Shown piece after piece: positions 46,665-56,175 of a stretch of DNA of 64,000 nt; positions within the stretch are counted from its first letter, which is position 1, and each line of letters starts with the position of its first letter. The position numbers and the translations under genes are program-made. The notes under the pieces are model-generated. The model was not told where the DNA came from, did not search any database, and saw only the letters and a list, made by a program, of their open reading frames with translations. The DNA comes from Lentimicrobiaceae bacterium (lineage in GTDB: Bacteria; Bacteroidota; Bacteroidia; Bacteroidales; JALOCA01): contig JALOCA010000016.1 in assembly GCA_023227965.1 (NCBI GenBank), positions 511-64,510 on the forward strand. The letters run 5' to 3'.

Positions 46665-46835
46665 CCTGGAATAGAAAAAAGCAGCTATTTTAATTATCCA
46701 AACCAATTCGGATAAATACTTTATTGTCCCGATGTGTTTTTTAAGAAAAACGAACCAGTAGTTGCCGGGCAGTAAAAACAAAAAGGCATCCCAAACAAAT
46801 GGAATGCCTAAGGGTTTTGTTCCGGCAAATAATTG

Positions 46836-47711
46836 TCAGGCGCTCATGGTTTCCACTTCGGCGCTCACTTTTTTAATCAATCCCTGTAATACATTGCCGG
46901 GACCTACTTCAATAAAGGTAGTAGCTCTGTCGGCTATCATATTGCGCGAGATTTGTGTCCAGCGTACGGGTGAAGTAAGCTGTGCGATAAGGTTCTTTTT
47001 AATGGCAGCGGGATCGGTATAAGGCAAGGCATCCACATTCTGGTAAACGGGGCAAACGGGAGTATTAAAAGCCGTAGCATTGATGGCTTCGGCAAGTTCA
47101 ATCCTTGCGGGTTCCATCAGCGGAGAATGGAAAGCTCCGCCCACTTTAAGCGGCAACGCACGTTTGGCTCCGGCGGCTTTCAGCTTTTCGCAGGCAATCT
47201 CAATTCCTTTGATCGAACCGGAAATAACCAACTGTCCGGGAGTATTATAATTGGCAGGAACCACTATTTCATCAATCGTCTTCAGCGTTTCTTCCACCAC
47301 TTCGTCCGATAGTCCGATAATGGCAGCCATGGTTGAAGGTTCTTTTTCGCAGGCTTTCTGCATGGCCATGGCGCGGGCATAAACTAATTTTAACCCATCT
47401 TCAAACGAAAGGGCTTTGTTTGCCACCAATGCCGAGAATTCGCCCAATGAATGTCCGGCAACCATATCGGGTTTAAAATCGTTGCCTAAGGTAGCGGCAA
47501 GAATAACGGAATGCAGGAAAATAGCCGGCTGGGTAACTTTGGTTTGCCGGAGGTCTTCATCGGTTCCGTTAAACATCAGGTCGGTAATCCGGAAACCTAA
47601 TATTTCATTGGCTTTTTCAAACATCTTTTTGGCGAGGGGGGAATTATCGTGTAAATCTTTTCCCATCCCTACATATTGGGCGCCCTGCCCTGGAAAAACG
47701 TATGCCTTCAT
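46836..47711 (-). CDS. fabD: Malonyl CoA-acyl carrier protein transacylase
   Basis: Start taken at MKAYVFPGQGAQYVGMG. Active-site GHSLGEFSA. Confidence 0.92.
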   Translation of the reverse strand: MKAYVFPGQGAQYVGMGKDLHDNSPLAKKMFEKANEILGFRITDLMFNGTDEDLRQTKVTQPAIFLHSVILAATLGNDFKPDMVAGHSLGEFSALVANKALSFEDGLKLVYARAMAMQKACEKEPSTMAAIIGLSDEVVEETLKTIDEIVVPANYNTPGQLVISGSIKGIEIACEKLKAAGAKRALPLKVGGAFHSPLMEPARIELAEAINATAFNTPVCPVYQNVDALPYTDPAAIKKNLIAQLTSPVRWTQISRNMIADRATTFIEVGPGNVLQGLIKKVSAEVETMSA

Positions 47712-47816
47712 GTTAGCTTGGGGTTTGGAGTTATGAGTTTGGAGCGTCAACCCTATTCTTTATTTTGGATTCTTATTTTAAAATCGAAACTCTTACTTTT
47801 GAGGTCTAACTTTACC

Positions 47817-48545
47817 TTAGTTTCTTCTTCCTAAGAAACGGAGCAGGAAGAGGAAGAGGTTGATAAAGTCGAGGTATAGAGACATTGCCCCCATGATGGT
47901 AAGTTTACGGGTAGATTCGGTGCCATATTCTGTACCTGCACCAATGCGTTTTAGTTTCTGAACGTCGTAAGCGGTAAGCCCGGTAAAAATAACCACACCA
48001 AGAAAACTGATGATATAACCCATGTCTTTGCTGTCCATAAACATATTTACAAGGCTGGCAATAATAATTCCAATCAAGCCCATCATCATAAGAGAGCCGA
48101 GTTTGGTAAGATCTATTTTGGTAGTGTAACCCATAACTGCCATAATGCCGAACATTCCCGAGGTAACCAAAAAAGTAGAGAAGATAGAACCAAGTTGGTA
48201 AGCCGCAAAAATGAAGCTAAGACTCATTCCCATCAGAATAGCAAAAACGGCAAATAAAAGAGTGATGGCAGAACCTGAAAGGCGTTGAAAACCGAACGAC
48301 ATCAGCATTACAAAGCCTAATGGAGCAAAGGTAACTATCCAGCCTAAGCCAGTCATTCCGGTTTGGGAGTTGAAAAGCATTCCGAGTAATTCTTTGTTTG
48401 TTCCGAAATAAAAAGCTGTAAGAGCGGTTATTGCCAAAGCAAGGAACATCCAGGTAAATACACCCGAAATAAAGGTTTTGGCTACAGGAAGGCTTTCGGT
48501 GCGTTCCTGCTGAAGGAAATTGAAATTGTTTTGATTTTCGTACAT
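47817..48545 (-). CDS. Bax inhibitor-1/YccA family membrane protein
   Basis: 242 aa with about seven TM helices and a C-terminal basic tail LLRFLGRRN. Confidence 0.8.
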   Translation of the reverse strand: MYENQNNFNFLQQERTESLPVAKTFISGVFTWMFLALAITALTAFYFGTNKELLGMLFNSQTGMTGLGWIVTFAPLGFVMLMSFGFQRLSGSAITLLFAVFAILMGMSLSFIFAAYQLGSIFSTFLVTSGMFGIMAVMGYTTKIDLTKLGSLMMMGLIGIIIASLVNMFMDSKDMGYIISFLGVVIFTGLTAYDVQKLKRIGAGTEYGTESTRKLTIMGAMSLYLDFINLFLFLLRFLGRRN

Positions 48546-48748
48546 TTTCTTAAAATTTTAAAATGCAAAATTACGGAAAAAGGAATTGCAAATAATAAGC
48601 CATATCAGGGTGCGACTGACAAGATGGCAAGGTTTTAACAAAATTTGAGATTTTTTGGTTAAATAAATTCAAAAACGAGCAAATTTATGAGGGTTACAAA
48701 ACATGAAAAACCAAGTACAATTAAAGGCTTAAGGCAATTTAGTTGCTT

Positions 48749-49408
48749 CTAATGTAACTTGGATGAAATCAAATGCAGAAATTCCGACCGGGTTTTGTCA
48801 ACCAGGAATGCCCCGGTAAAGTCAGAAGTAGTGGTTACCGAGTTTTGTTTCTGGATACCCCGCATACTCATGCACATATGCACTGCTTCAATAACCACTG
48901 CAACACCAAGCGGATGTAAAGTATTATGAATAGCTTCTTTAATTTGGGTGGTCAATCTTTCCTGTACCTGCAAACGACGGGCGTAGGCATCTACTACACG
49001 TGGAATTTTGCTTAATCCAACAATATAACCGTTTGGAATATAAGCAACATGGGCTTTCCCAAAGAAAGGGATCATGTGATGTTCGCACATGGAATATATT
49101 TCTATGTCTTTCACTATCACCATTTGTTTGTAATCTTCCTTAAACATTGCCGAACGAAGGATTTCTTCCGGATTGAGGTCGTAACCGTGGGTAAGAAACT
49201 GCATGGCTTTGGCGATGCGTTCGGGTGTTTTCAACAAACCTTCCCGTCCGGGGTTCTCACCTATCAGTTTAAGGATCTCGGAATAATGGTAAGATAACTT
49301 TTTGATGATTTCGAGGTTGTACAAATCCAGTTTTTCGTAACCTTCACGGGTTTCGTAATCGTCCATCAAGTTTTCTTTTATCATTCCCTTATCAATTTCG
49401 CTACTCAT
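48749..49408 (-). CDS. folE: GTP cyclohydrolase I
   Basis: 219 aa. [18 protein letters not shown]..., [20 protein letters not shown], and HMCMSMRG. Confidence 0.93.
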   Translation of the reverse strand: MSSEIDKGMIKENLMDDYETREGYEKLDLYNLEIIKKLSYHYSEILKLIGENPGREGLLKTPERIAKAMQFLTHGYDLNPEEILRSAMFKEDYKQMVIVKDIEIYSMCEHHMIPFFGKAHVAYIPNGYIVGLSKIPRVVDAYARRLQVQERLTTQIKEAIHNTLHPLGVAVVIEAVHMCMSMRGIQKQNSVTTTSDFTGAFLVDKTRSEFLHLISSKLH

Positions 49409-49420
49409 TTCCTGGATTTT

Positions 49421-49834
49421 TTAGTTTCCAAAATATTCAACAAAATTATTTTCTGTTTCTTCTAATTTTACGGAGTGCAATTCCACACCCAGCAATTCCA
49501 CAGATGTGGCTATCTGGTTCCATATGCCTATTGCAAGATTTTCGGTGGAGGCAAATACTCCCTGCATAAAATCTACTTCAAGGTTGATGTTTTTATGATC
49601 GAGTATGTTGATGACCTGTTCGTGGATAAGCTGACTTAGTAGGGTAAGGTTTACCAAAAAACCGGTTTGCGGATTTATTTCCCCTTTTACGGTTACCCAA
49701 AGGGTATAATTATGCCCATGCCAGTTGGGGTTTGAGCATTTGCCAAAAACCCTGAGGTTTTCTTCATCAGAAAACTCAGGATTAAAAAGGCGGTGTGCCG
49801 CATTAAACCTCTCTTTGCGTGTAAGATAAATCAT
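49421..49834 (-). CDS. 6-pyruvoyl-tetrahydropterin synthase fold protein with metazoan-type (PTPS-II-like) motif spacing
   Basis: 137 aa. FNAAHRL...FGKCSNPNWHGHNYTLWVTVKGEINPQTGFLVNL closely parallels mammalian PTPS (GKCNNPNGHGHNYKV). It is Cx5HGH rather than the QueD Cx3HGH, and lies 12 nt upstream of folE. Confidence 0.8.
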   Translation of the reverse strand: MIYLTRKERFNAAHRLFNPEFSDEENLRVFGKCSNPNWHGHNYTLWVTVKGEINPQTGFLVNLTLLSQLIHEQVINILDHKNINLEVDFMQGVFASTENLAIGIWNQIATSVELLGVELHSVKLEETENNFVEYFGN

Positions 49835-49927
49835 GGTTTTTCAAATTTTTCATTCAATTTGCTTGGGAAATCCAAAATTACTTCTTTTTCTTTTCCGGTA
49901 ATCAAAACAACATTACTGGTACTTTGT

Positions 49928-50299
49928 TTAGATTTTCAATACAGATACAACTTCAAACGCAGTGAACAGCAGGTAGGCAATAAAAAAGCTGATGATAAAA
50001 TTAACAGCATCGTCGCGGTACAGCAGTGCATATATTACTATAATAACCAAATATAACAGCAGCTTGCCGAGGGTGGCTATCATGAAATAACGAAAAAAAG
50101 TACTGAACTTATTTTTTGTGGTTTTCAGCAGGACAGAATATACACCAGCAGTAAACAAAACAAAGAAGATAAAAAGCCAGGGCAGTGCAGGGGATACGTA
50201 TGCATCAGGAATAAAATACAAAGCCGCTATTGCTACAAAGGCAACTATGAGAGAAAATATGATAAGGCGTTTTAAAAAAACTGCAAATTGTGATTTCAT
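49928..50299 (-). CDS. Hypothetical 4-TM membrane protein
   Basis: 123 aa with four hydrophobic helices, located directly downstream of the AtpZ-like gene. Confidence 0.5.
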   Translation of the reverse strand: MKSQFAVFLKRLIIFSLIVAFVAIAALYFIPDAYVSPALPWLFIFFVLFTAGVYSVLLKTTKNKFSTFFRYFMIATLGKLLLYLVIIVIYALLYRDDAVNFIISFFIAYLLFTAFEVVSVLKI

Positions 50300-50318
50300 C
50301 AGAATGTAATTCGTTTTT

Positions 50319-50531
50319 TTAAAAGTCTTTTATGGTATAATAAATGGCGAATGAAACCGAAATCAGCGACATAACCACGGTAAAAAGCGGGAAACGCATG
50401 GGCACCCATTTATCGAGTTGTACACCTCCCCAAATGCCTAATCCGATGATGACCAGCATTTGAAAGGCAATACTCGAATACCGCGCATAGTTATCAAGCG
50501 GTTTCTTCTTTTTCGGGTTGGGACTGTTCAT
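50319..50531 (-). CDS. AtpZ/AtpI family small membrane protein
   Basis: 70 aa. Basic N-terminus then two TM helices (YARYSSIAFQMLVIIGLGIWGG..LDKW...PLFTVVMSLISV). Overlaps the bactofilin 3' end by 38 nt. Confidence 0.65.
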   Translation of the reverse strand: MNSPNPKKKKPLDNYARYSSIAFQMLVIIGLGIWGGVQLDKWVPMRFPLFTVVMSLISVSFAIYYTIKDF

Positions 50532-50901
50532 TAAAAAAGGTTTTCTCTCCGCCCGTTGCCGGGGTTTCCATACGGCAGCTACCGGTAAAGCGGGCGCCGG
50601 GTTCTATGGCGATTTTATTGGTAATTACATCGCCCGAAAGGTGAGCTGAGGCTTTGAGCGATAGTAGTTCCGAGATAGCAACTTTTGCCTTTACAATTCC
50701 TGAAAAATCGGCGTTTTGACACATAATTTCGCCTTCCACGTTTCCGGTAGTACCTACTATCACTTTACCGGTTGATGTAATGGTGCCGATGAGGGTACCG
50801 TCAATGCGCATATCGCCGTTTGAATTGATGCTTCCGTTTATTACGGTTCCGCTGCCAATAATATTAATTGAAGGAGGTTCGGGTATAGGTTGTTTTGCCA
50901 T
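50494..50901 (-). CDS. Bactofilin (polymer-forming cytoskeletal protein)
   Basis: Start taken at MAKQPIPEPP. Beta-helical repeat core IGSGTVINGSINSNGDMRIDGTLIGTITSTGKVIVGTTGNVEGEI... Confidence 0.8.
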   Translation of the reverse strand: MAKQPIPEPPSINIIGSGTVINGSINSNGDMRIDGTLIGTITSTGKVIVGTTGNVEGEIMCQNADFSGIVKAKVAISELLSLKASAHLSGDVITNKIAIEPGARFTGSCRMETPATGGEKTFFNEQSQPEKEETA

Positions 50902-50971
50902 ATTTTCTGTTTTTCTCGGAAACAAACCTACATAAAATTTTTAAATTGTATATACTATTTTTTTATTTGTT

Positions 50972-53608
50972 CTATTTCGGTTTAGAAAAGTAAATCTTGT
51001 TGAAAAATTTAAGGTATAGCTTGACATCCTTGTTTTTATAAAATACAGGATAGTTTTCGGCTGAGATAGCAAAAAGGGTAATTTCGTTTTTATCCAATTT
51101 TGAAAACACATACTCGTTACTTGCAATGTTGTTGAAAAAGTCCATGGCTTTTTCGGCATTGAGGAAGGTGCCTACCGAAATCATTTCGGTGGAATTATCG
51201 AGTATAACACTTTTAACCATTAAGTTATCAATGGAATAATTTTTGGTGATAAAATCCGATAAACGGATTTTGAGAACATTTACATTAATTTTTTCATTGT
51301 TTACCAGTAAGATATAAAAGTGCCCGACTTCGGAATTGAAATTGTAGATGCCCTGAATATTACCGCCGGTTTCCTCTTTTTTCGGGGCGGTTTCCTCTTT
51401 TCCGGTGAGATAAGAGAGCATGCCTTTGGTAAAAGCAAATGTCTCACTTTCGGGGTATTTTGTATTAATTCTCCGCAATTCGCTTACGAGGGTGTCGTTA
51501 CCGGCAATTTTCCCGAGTGCCAGAGCGCGGAGAGTTTCAAATTTAGGCACAAGGTTTTTGTCGGAAATGAATGCGATGGCATCGTTGCAATAAATGACAA
51601 CAAGATTATAGTGTTCCGATTTAAACTCGTTATATACCTCGGCATAACGGGCTTCGGCTTTATTTTGCATCGCTAGTAGTTCGAGATTATAATCGGGGTC
51701 GGCAATAATTTTGGCATAGTCGCTTTCAGGGAAAAGGGTAAGAATTTTTTGTTTGTAGAAGTTACATTGGGGTAGATCATTTTTCTTTGTGTAAACACGA
51801 TAGAGGGTATAATTTGCCTGTAAAACATTTTTATCGGCGGGAAAGCGTTCCAAATAAGATTCAAAAGAATGTAGCGAACGGGTAGTATCCTGCAGACCAT
51901 CGAGGTAAATATTTCCCAGATTGAAAAGTGCTTCGGATATTTTTGCATTGGAGACATCAATCTTTTCCTGGGTAAGCGGGATGTTCTGGGCGTAGGTTTG
52001 TGTATTTTTAGGATCGGTTGACAGTTTTTTTGTACTGTCCTGTGTTGTGCTATCGGATGGGTTTATTTCTTTTTCAGCAGTAGGTTCAATTTCTACCATG
52101 CGTTTATTACTTAGTCGCCAGTTGTCTTCCAGTTTTCTTCTGCCCCATTTTTTTATGAACTCAGTAAATCCAAAGCTGATAGCCTGTGGGTTGTAAAAAT
52201 ACCATCCACCGCTTTTATCGCCACCGGTTTGATTTGTTTTCAACTGACCAATGTCGCCCATGTTCAACGAACGTTCTTTTTCTTCCTCTTGTTTCCTCTG
52301 TTCTTCTTTGGTATAGTTTTCTATAATTCCATCAATGATTTTATTTCTTTCCGCTTCAGACAAAGTGGCAAGGTGTTGCAGGCTGTCTTCGAGTTGTACG
52401 ACAGAGAGGTTTTTTACAAGATCGGTTAATGTGTTGGTACGGCTTTCTATCTTTGAATAATCGGGGAAATCCTGCGGAAGTACCTGCATACAGGTATCGT
52501 AATACATTTGTGCGGGTTCGTATTTGCTTTTTTCAAAATACAAGTCGGCAAGTCGCAATGCTGAAATGGCTTTCTGATAATTGTTTTGCATGCTTGCAGC
52601 TACCGATTTTTTCAGGTACGATATGCCGAGTGTGTCGTTTTTTTCTTTCAGTGAAATTTCAGCCAGGGCAAAGTATATCTGATCAAGAAAATCTTTGTTC
52701 TTGCTGTCTTTAAGCATTTTATTAAGCGCTTTTACCAGATCCTTGCTGCTGCCCGAGGTATTGTCGAAAGTTTTGGCAAGATTTATCCTGCTGTTGAACG
52801 CCATTTCATAAGGGGGGTTGCGGCGAATTACCTGAAGATACAATTCACTGGCGGCTTTATTGTTGCCGGTTTGTTGGTACACTTGTGCCAAAATAAATTT
52901 CAGGCGGGTTACAAGTTGCCGATTTGTGTTTAATTCTATACCCCGTTGTAAGTACACTATGGATGATTTGTAGTTTTGCTGATAAAGATAATGTTCGGCA
53001 TAAATTAGTGGTAAGAGTTTGATTACCCTGCCCGGAATATTTTCTTTATCAACTTTGCTTTGGATGTTTTCGAGCAAACCTGATGCTTTTTCATACTCTT
53101 TCAATTGGTTGTATGTACATGCCTCCCATAGCATGGCATCCCATTTTACATTACTTTTGGGGTAATTTTTAATTACATAATCGAAGGTACGGCGAGCCAT
53201 CAGGTAGTCCTGTTTGTAAAAACGGGCTTTTGCTGTTATAAAGTAAGCATCATCAATCCAGCGAACATATTCTTTTTTGTTGAAAAACATGGAATGCCTG
53301 TTGATGGTAAGCGTTGCTTTTTCTATTGTCCTGTCCATTGCAGGGCTGATTGCTGAGATATTTTCCTTGGCTCCGTAGTTGAAGACAGGTAAAACTTTAC
53401 TGTAATTATCTTTTGCATTTTTCTGCAAAGTAGCTATGCCTTCCTTCAGGCTTTGATCTCCGTTCCAGTACACATTGTAGTGTGATGTAAGGTTATGGTA
53501 AACTCTGCGGGTAAAAGAATTTTTTTTGGTAGAACAGGAAAACAATACAACCATGACAGTTATCAGGGTTGCTATTCGTACAGGGGTGATGGTATGCTTA
53601 GTATTCAA
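50972..53608 (-). CDS. porW: T9SS periplasmic TPR lipoprotein, PorW/SprE-like
   Basis: 878 aa. Lipoprotein signal ...VVLFSCSTKKNSFTRRVYHNLTSHYNVYWNG, which I recall as the PorW/SprE N-terminal signature. Multiple TPR-like repeats. Size close to F. johnsoniae SprE. Confidence 0.65.
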   Translation of the reverse strand: MNTKHTITPVRIATLITVMVVLFSCSTKKNSFTRRVYHNLTSHYNVYWNGDQSLKEGIATLQKNAKDNYSKVLPVFNYGAKENISAISPAMDRTIEKATLTINRHSMFFNKKEYVRWIDDAYFITAKARFYKQDYLMARRTFDYVIKNYPKSNVKWDAMLWEACTYNQLKEYEKASGLLENIQSKVDKENIPGRVIKLLPLIYAEHYLYQQNYKSSIVYLQRGIELNTNRQLVTRLKFILAQVYQQTGNNKAASELYLQVIRRNPPYEMAFNSRINLAKTFDNTSGSSKDLVKALNKMLKDSKNKDFLDQIYFALAEISLKEKNDTLGISYLKKSVAASMQNNYQKAISALRLADLYFEKSKYEPAQMYYDTCMQVLPQDFPDYSKIESRTNTLTDLVKNLSVVQLEDSLQHLATLSEAERNKIIDGIIENYTKEEQRKQEEEKERSLNMGDIGQLKTNQTGGDKSGGWYFYNPQAISFGFTEFIKKWGRRKLEDNWRLSNKRMVEIEPTAEKEINPSDSTTQDSTKKLSTDPKNTQTYAQNIPLTQEKIDVSNAKISEALFNLGNIYLDGLQDTTRSLHSFESYLERFPADKNVLQANYTLYRVYTKKNDLPQCNFYKQKILTLFPESDYAKIIADPDYNLELLAMQNKAEARYAEVYNEFKSEHYNLVVIYCNDAIAFISDKNLVPKFETLRALALGKIAGNDTLVSELRRINTKYPESETFAFTKGMLSYLTGKEETAPKKEETGGNIQGIYNFNSEVGHFYILLVNNEKINVNVLKIRLSDFITKNYSIDNLMVKSVILDNSTEMISVGTFLNAEKAMDFFNNIASNEYVFSKLDKNEITLFAISAENYPVFYKNKDVKLYLKFFNKIYFSKPK

Positions 53609-53646
53609 TTAACAGTTGTATTAGTAATTGTAAAACTCAATTTATG

Positions 53647-53654
53647 CAAAAATA
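53647..53654 (-). promoter_or_regulatory. -7 promoter box TATTTTTG for the porW-like gene
   Basis: The reverse complement of CAAAAATA lies 38 nt upstream of ATG 53608. Confidence 0.4.
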
Positions 53655-53734
53655 TTTTATTTTTTTGAATCCATCTTAATTGCAGGAATTTAATTTACGA
53701 AGTTCTAAAGGAGGAATTAGGTTGTATATCCAAT

Positions 53735-53765
53735 AAAAAACTGTCCCCGGCAAGAGGACAGTTTT
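53735..53765 (-). terminator. Rho-independent terminator after the pspC/liaF-like pair
   Basis: AAAAAACTGTCC-ccggcaaga-GGACAGTTTT. On the minus strand the stem is followed by a T-run. Confidence 0.7.
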
Positions 53766-53792
53766 GGTAAATAGTAATTAGTATATTAGTAA

Positions 53793-54725
53793 TCAGTATC
53801 TTTCAACTTCAAGGCTGGAAACGCCCACATTCAGGTTGATAATAATTTTTTGGGTATTGGTTCTGAAATCTTTGGTTTGGTAAATACCGTCCGAAACTTT
53901 TTTGGCGTCTTCAAACGATTTGCTTGCCATAAATGAATCGGAAATAACTTTGTAAGCCGAAGTTTTCGGAACGCGGATTTTTATTGAAGAAGCTCCGGCA
54001 TCTATGTTTACATTGGTTTCCGGATGTTTGTTACCCAAAGTTAGATCAATATCGGAAGCTCCGCAGTCAATGCTTACTTTCCGGGTTTTGTAAGAACTTA
54101 AATCGAAATTAATTTCTGCCGCACCAATTTCGAAGTTGAAATCCCACGTTGGATTCGGGTTTAGTTTCAGTTCGACTTTGTTGGTGTGATGTCTTCTTCC
54201 GGTCTGGAGTTTCACGTCATCCATTTTAAATTTAATGATTTTTCCACTGTCGGTATCTTCGGTAGTAAACTGGTAATTTGTAACATTACCTTTTTTTTGA
54301 AATTCTACCAGTTTATCGGTTACCGAGTCGATGGTAAAGTTGCCGGCAGCTGCTTCGAACTGAAGGCTGGCATTTTTGGTAAGCGAATCGAATGGCTGGC
54401 TGAAATCCTGGTCGGAATATTTGTACACATTATCACCTTCTTCAAAGTCATCTCCCCTAAAGTTGTGATTGACACGAAATTGAAAATGATGAGAAGAATC
54501 GTAATTGTACAAAAATACAACCGAGATTATTAGTGTTGCAATAGCAAGCAACAGTTTTATATATTCTTTTACGGGGATTAAAGAAATTCCCCAAAGGATG
54601 AGTAGAACGGGCCAAAGGCTGAAAATTGCCCACCAGTTAAAGTCGAGCCAACCGAGATTGCGGAAAATAAATAATAATCCGATAATTATCAACAGCAAGC
54701 CCCAGAATATTTTTTTGTAATTCAT
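53793..54725 (-). CDS. LiaF-like membrane protein with C-terminal toastrack-type beta-rich domain
   Basis: 310 aa. N-terminal LiaI/LiaF-like TM region (FWGLLLIIIGLLFIFRNLGWL..WPVLLILWGISLI) and a C-terminal repeated beta segment (IDCGASDIDLTLG..NIDAGASSIKIRVP). Confidence 0.6.
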   Translation of the reverse strand: MNYKKIFWGLLLIIIGLLFIFRNLGWLDFNWWAIFSLWPVLLILWGISLIPVKEYIKLLLAIATLIISVVFLYNYDSSHHFQFRVNHNFRGDDFEEGDNVYKYSDQDFSQPFDSLTKNASLQFEAAAGNFTIDSVTDKLVEFQKKGNVTNYQFTTEDTDSGKIIKFKMDDVKLQTGRRHHTNKVELKLNPNPTWDFNFEIGAAEINFDLSSYKTRKVSIDCGASDIDLTLGNKHPETNVNIDAGASSIKIRVPKTSAYKVISDSFMASKSFEDAKKVSDGIYQTKDFRTNTQKIIINLNVGVSSLEVERY

Positions 54726-54737
54726 GGCTATAAGTGT

Positions 54738-55190
54738 TTAGTTTTTATTTGCATGACGATAAATTATCACACCGCCTATCACGATGAGTAAAACAGGCCA
54801 CAGGTCGCCGAAATCGAGCCAATGGATGAAGGTAGGAATCAGGAACAAAATTCCGAGGGTTATCATAATAATACCTCCCATCAAACTGCCCTGGTCTTTT
54901 TTCTTTGCAGGTGTTTGTGGAGGCGGGGTGTTAAACCCATTGTTTTCAGGAGTTGCTTTTTCATTTTCCATGGTAGTATAATTTGAATTAAAGGTTTCAT
55001 TTGGCTTTTCGCGTACAAAAATCCACAACAGTACATACAGCAGGAAACCTCCGCCCCCTGCAAAAAATGCCACTGCGAACAAGATACGAACAATTACCGG
55101 GTCAATATCGAAATATTCGGCTATACCCCCGGCTACTCCACCTATAACACGATCTTTAATGCTACGGTATAATCTTTTTGTATTTTCCAT
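54738..55190 (-). CDS. PspC domain-containing membrane protein
   Basis: 150 aa. LYRSIKDRVIGGVAGGIAEYFDIDPVIVRILF is the PspC domain signature. Confidence 0.85.
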   Translation of the reverse strand: MENTKRLYRSIKDRVIGGVAGGIAEYFDIDPVIVRILFAVAFFAGGGGFLLYVLLWIFVREKPNETFNSNYTTMENEKATPENNGFNTPPPQTPAKKKDQGSLMGGIIMITLGILFLIPTFIHWLDFGDLWPVLLIVIGGVIIYRHANKN

Positions 55191-55262
55191 TGTAAAGTAA
55201 TTTTGGTTTGTATGGATTGGACGAGCATTTTTGCCTAAGGTTACAAAAAATGTTTTGTTAAC

Positions 55263-56126
55263 TTATTTTTTTACCATAGCCGCCTTTTTTGATACAAAGA
55301 TACTTATTTCGTACAGAATAAACATAGGAATACTTACTAAAATCTGGCTTACTACGTCGGGAGGAGTAATGATAGCCGCGATAACAAGAATCACGATAAT
55401 CATGTATTTCCTATTTCGTTTCAGAAAAGAGGATGTCAGAAGCCCGACTCTCGAAAGGAAATACACAAAAACAGGCAGTTCAAACACTACCCCCATCGAA
55501 AAAGCTAGCGAAACCACCGTGTTGATGTACGAACTCAGGGTAATTTGATTCTCGACACTGATACTTACCTGGTAAGAAGCAAAAAAGTTTACCGTGAAGG
55601 GCACGATAAGGTAGTACCCACTTACCACCCCTAACAAAAAAAGCAGTGAGATAACCCCTACGGCGCCACGTGCGTATTTTTTTTCGTTGGGTTGCAATGC
55701 CGGTTTGATGAATCGCCATATTTCCCATATTACGTAAGGTGCAGCAGCAATTAAACCGACAAAGAACGAAATATACATGTGGGTTAAAAACTGCCCCGAC
55801 AAATTAATATTAATAATTTTTAAATGGATGTTTCCGATACATAACGAGGGCATCGAAAGCAGGTCACCCAGCCGGCACAATAAACGGTAAGTGATGAATT
55901 CAGGTTCTTTAGGAGCTAAAATAATCTGGTCAAAAATGAATTCCCGGTTTAAGAAAGCCAGCGTCATCAGCGCAATTATGGCAATCAGGGAACGAACAAA
56001 ATGCCATCTAAGTTCTTCAAGATGTTCCCAGAAAGTCATTTCGCCCGTTTTAACGTCTCTTTTGTTTTGTTTGCCGGTAAAATTTTCCTGACTCAAATTA
56101 CGTATTTTTGAAGCAAACTTACACAA
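55263..56126 (-). CDS. tatC: Twin-arginine translocase subunit TatC
   Basis: MTFWEHLEELRWHFVRSL... with six TM helices. The true start may be the internal ATG at 56039 rather than 56126. Confidence 0.88.
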   Translation of the reverse strand: MCKFASKIRNLSQENFTGKQNKRDVKTGEMTFWEHLEELRWHFVRSLIAIIALMTLAFLNREFIFDQIILAPKEPEFITYRLLCRLGDLLSMPSLCIGNIHLKIININLSGQFLTHMYISFFVGLIAAAPYVIWEIWRFIKPALQPNEKKYARGAVGVISLLFLLGVVSGYYLIVPFTVNFFASYQVSISVENQITLSSYINTVVSLAFSMGVVFELPVFVYFLSRVGLLTSSFLKRNRKYMIIVILVIAAIITPPDVVSQILVSIPMFILYEISIFVSKKAAMVKK

Positions 56127-56132
56127 ATTTGT

Positions 56133-56140
56133 TAATTTTG
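56133..56140 (+). promoter_or_regulatory. -7 promoter box TAATTTTG for xdhC
   Basis: Matches TAnnTTTG, 35 nt upstream of ATG 56176. Confidence 0.4.
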
Positions 56141-56175
56141 AATATTTTTAATCACTAAAATTAAGGAAAGCAAAT

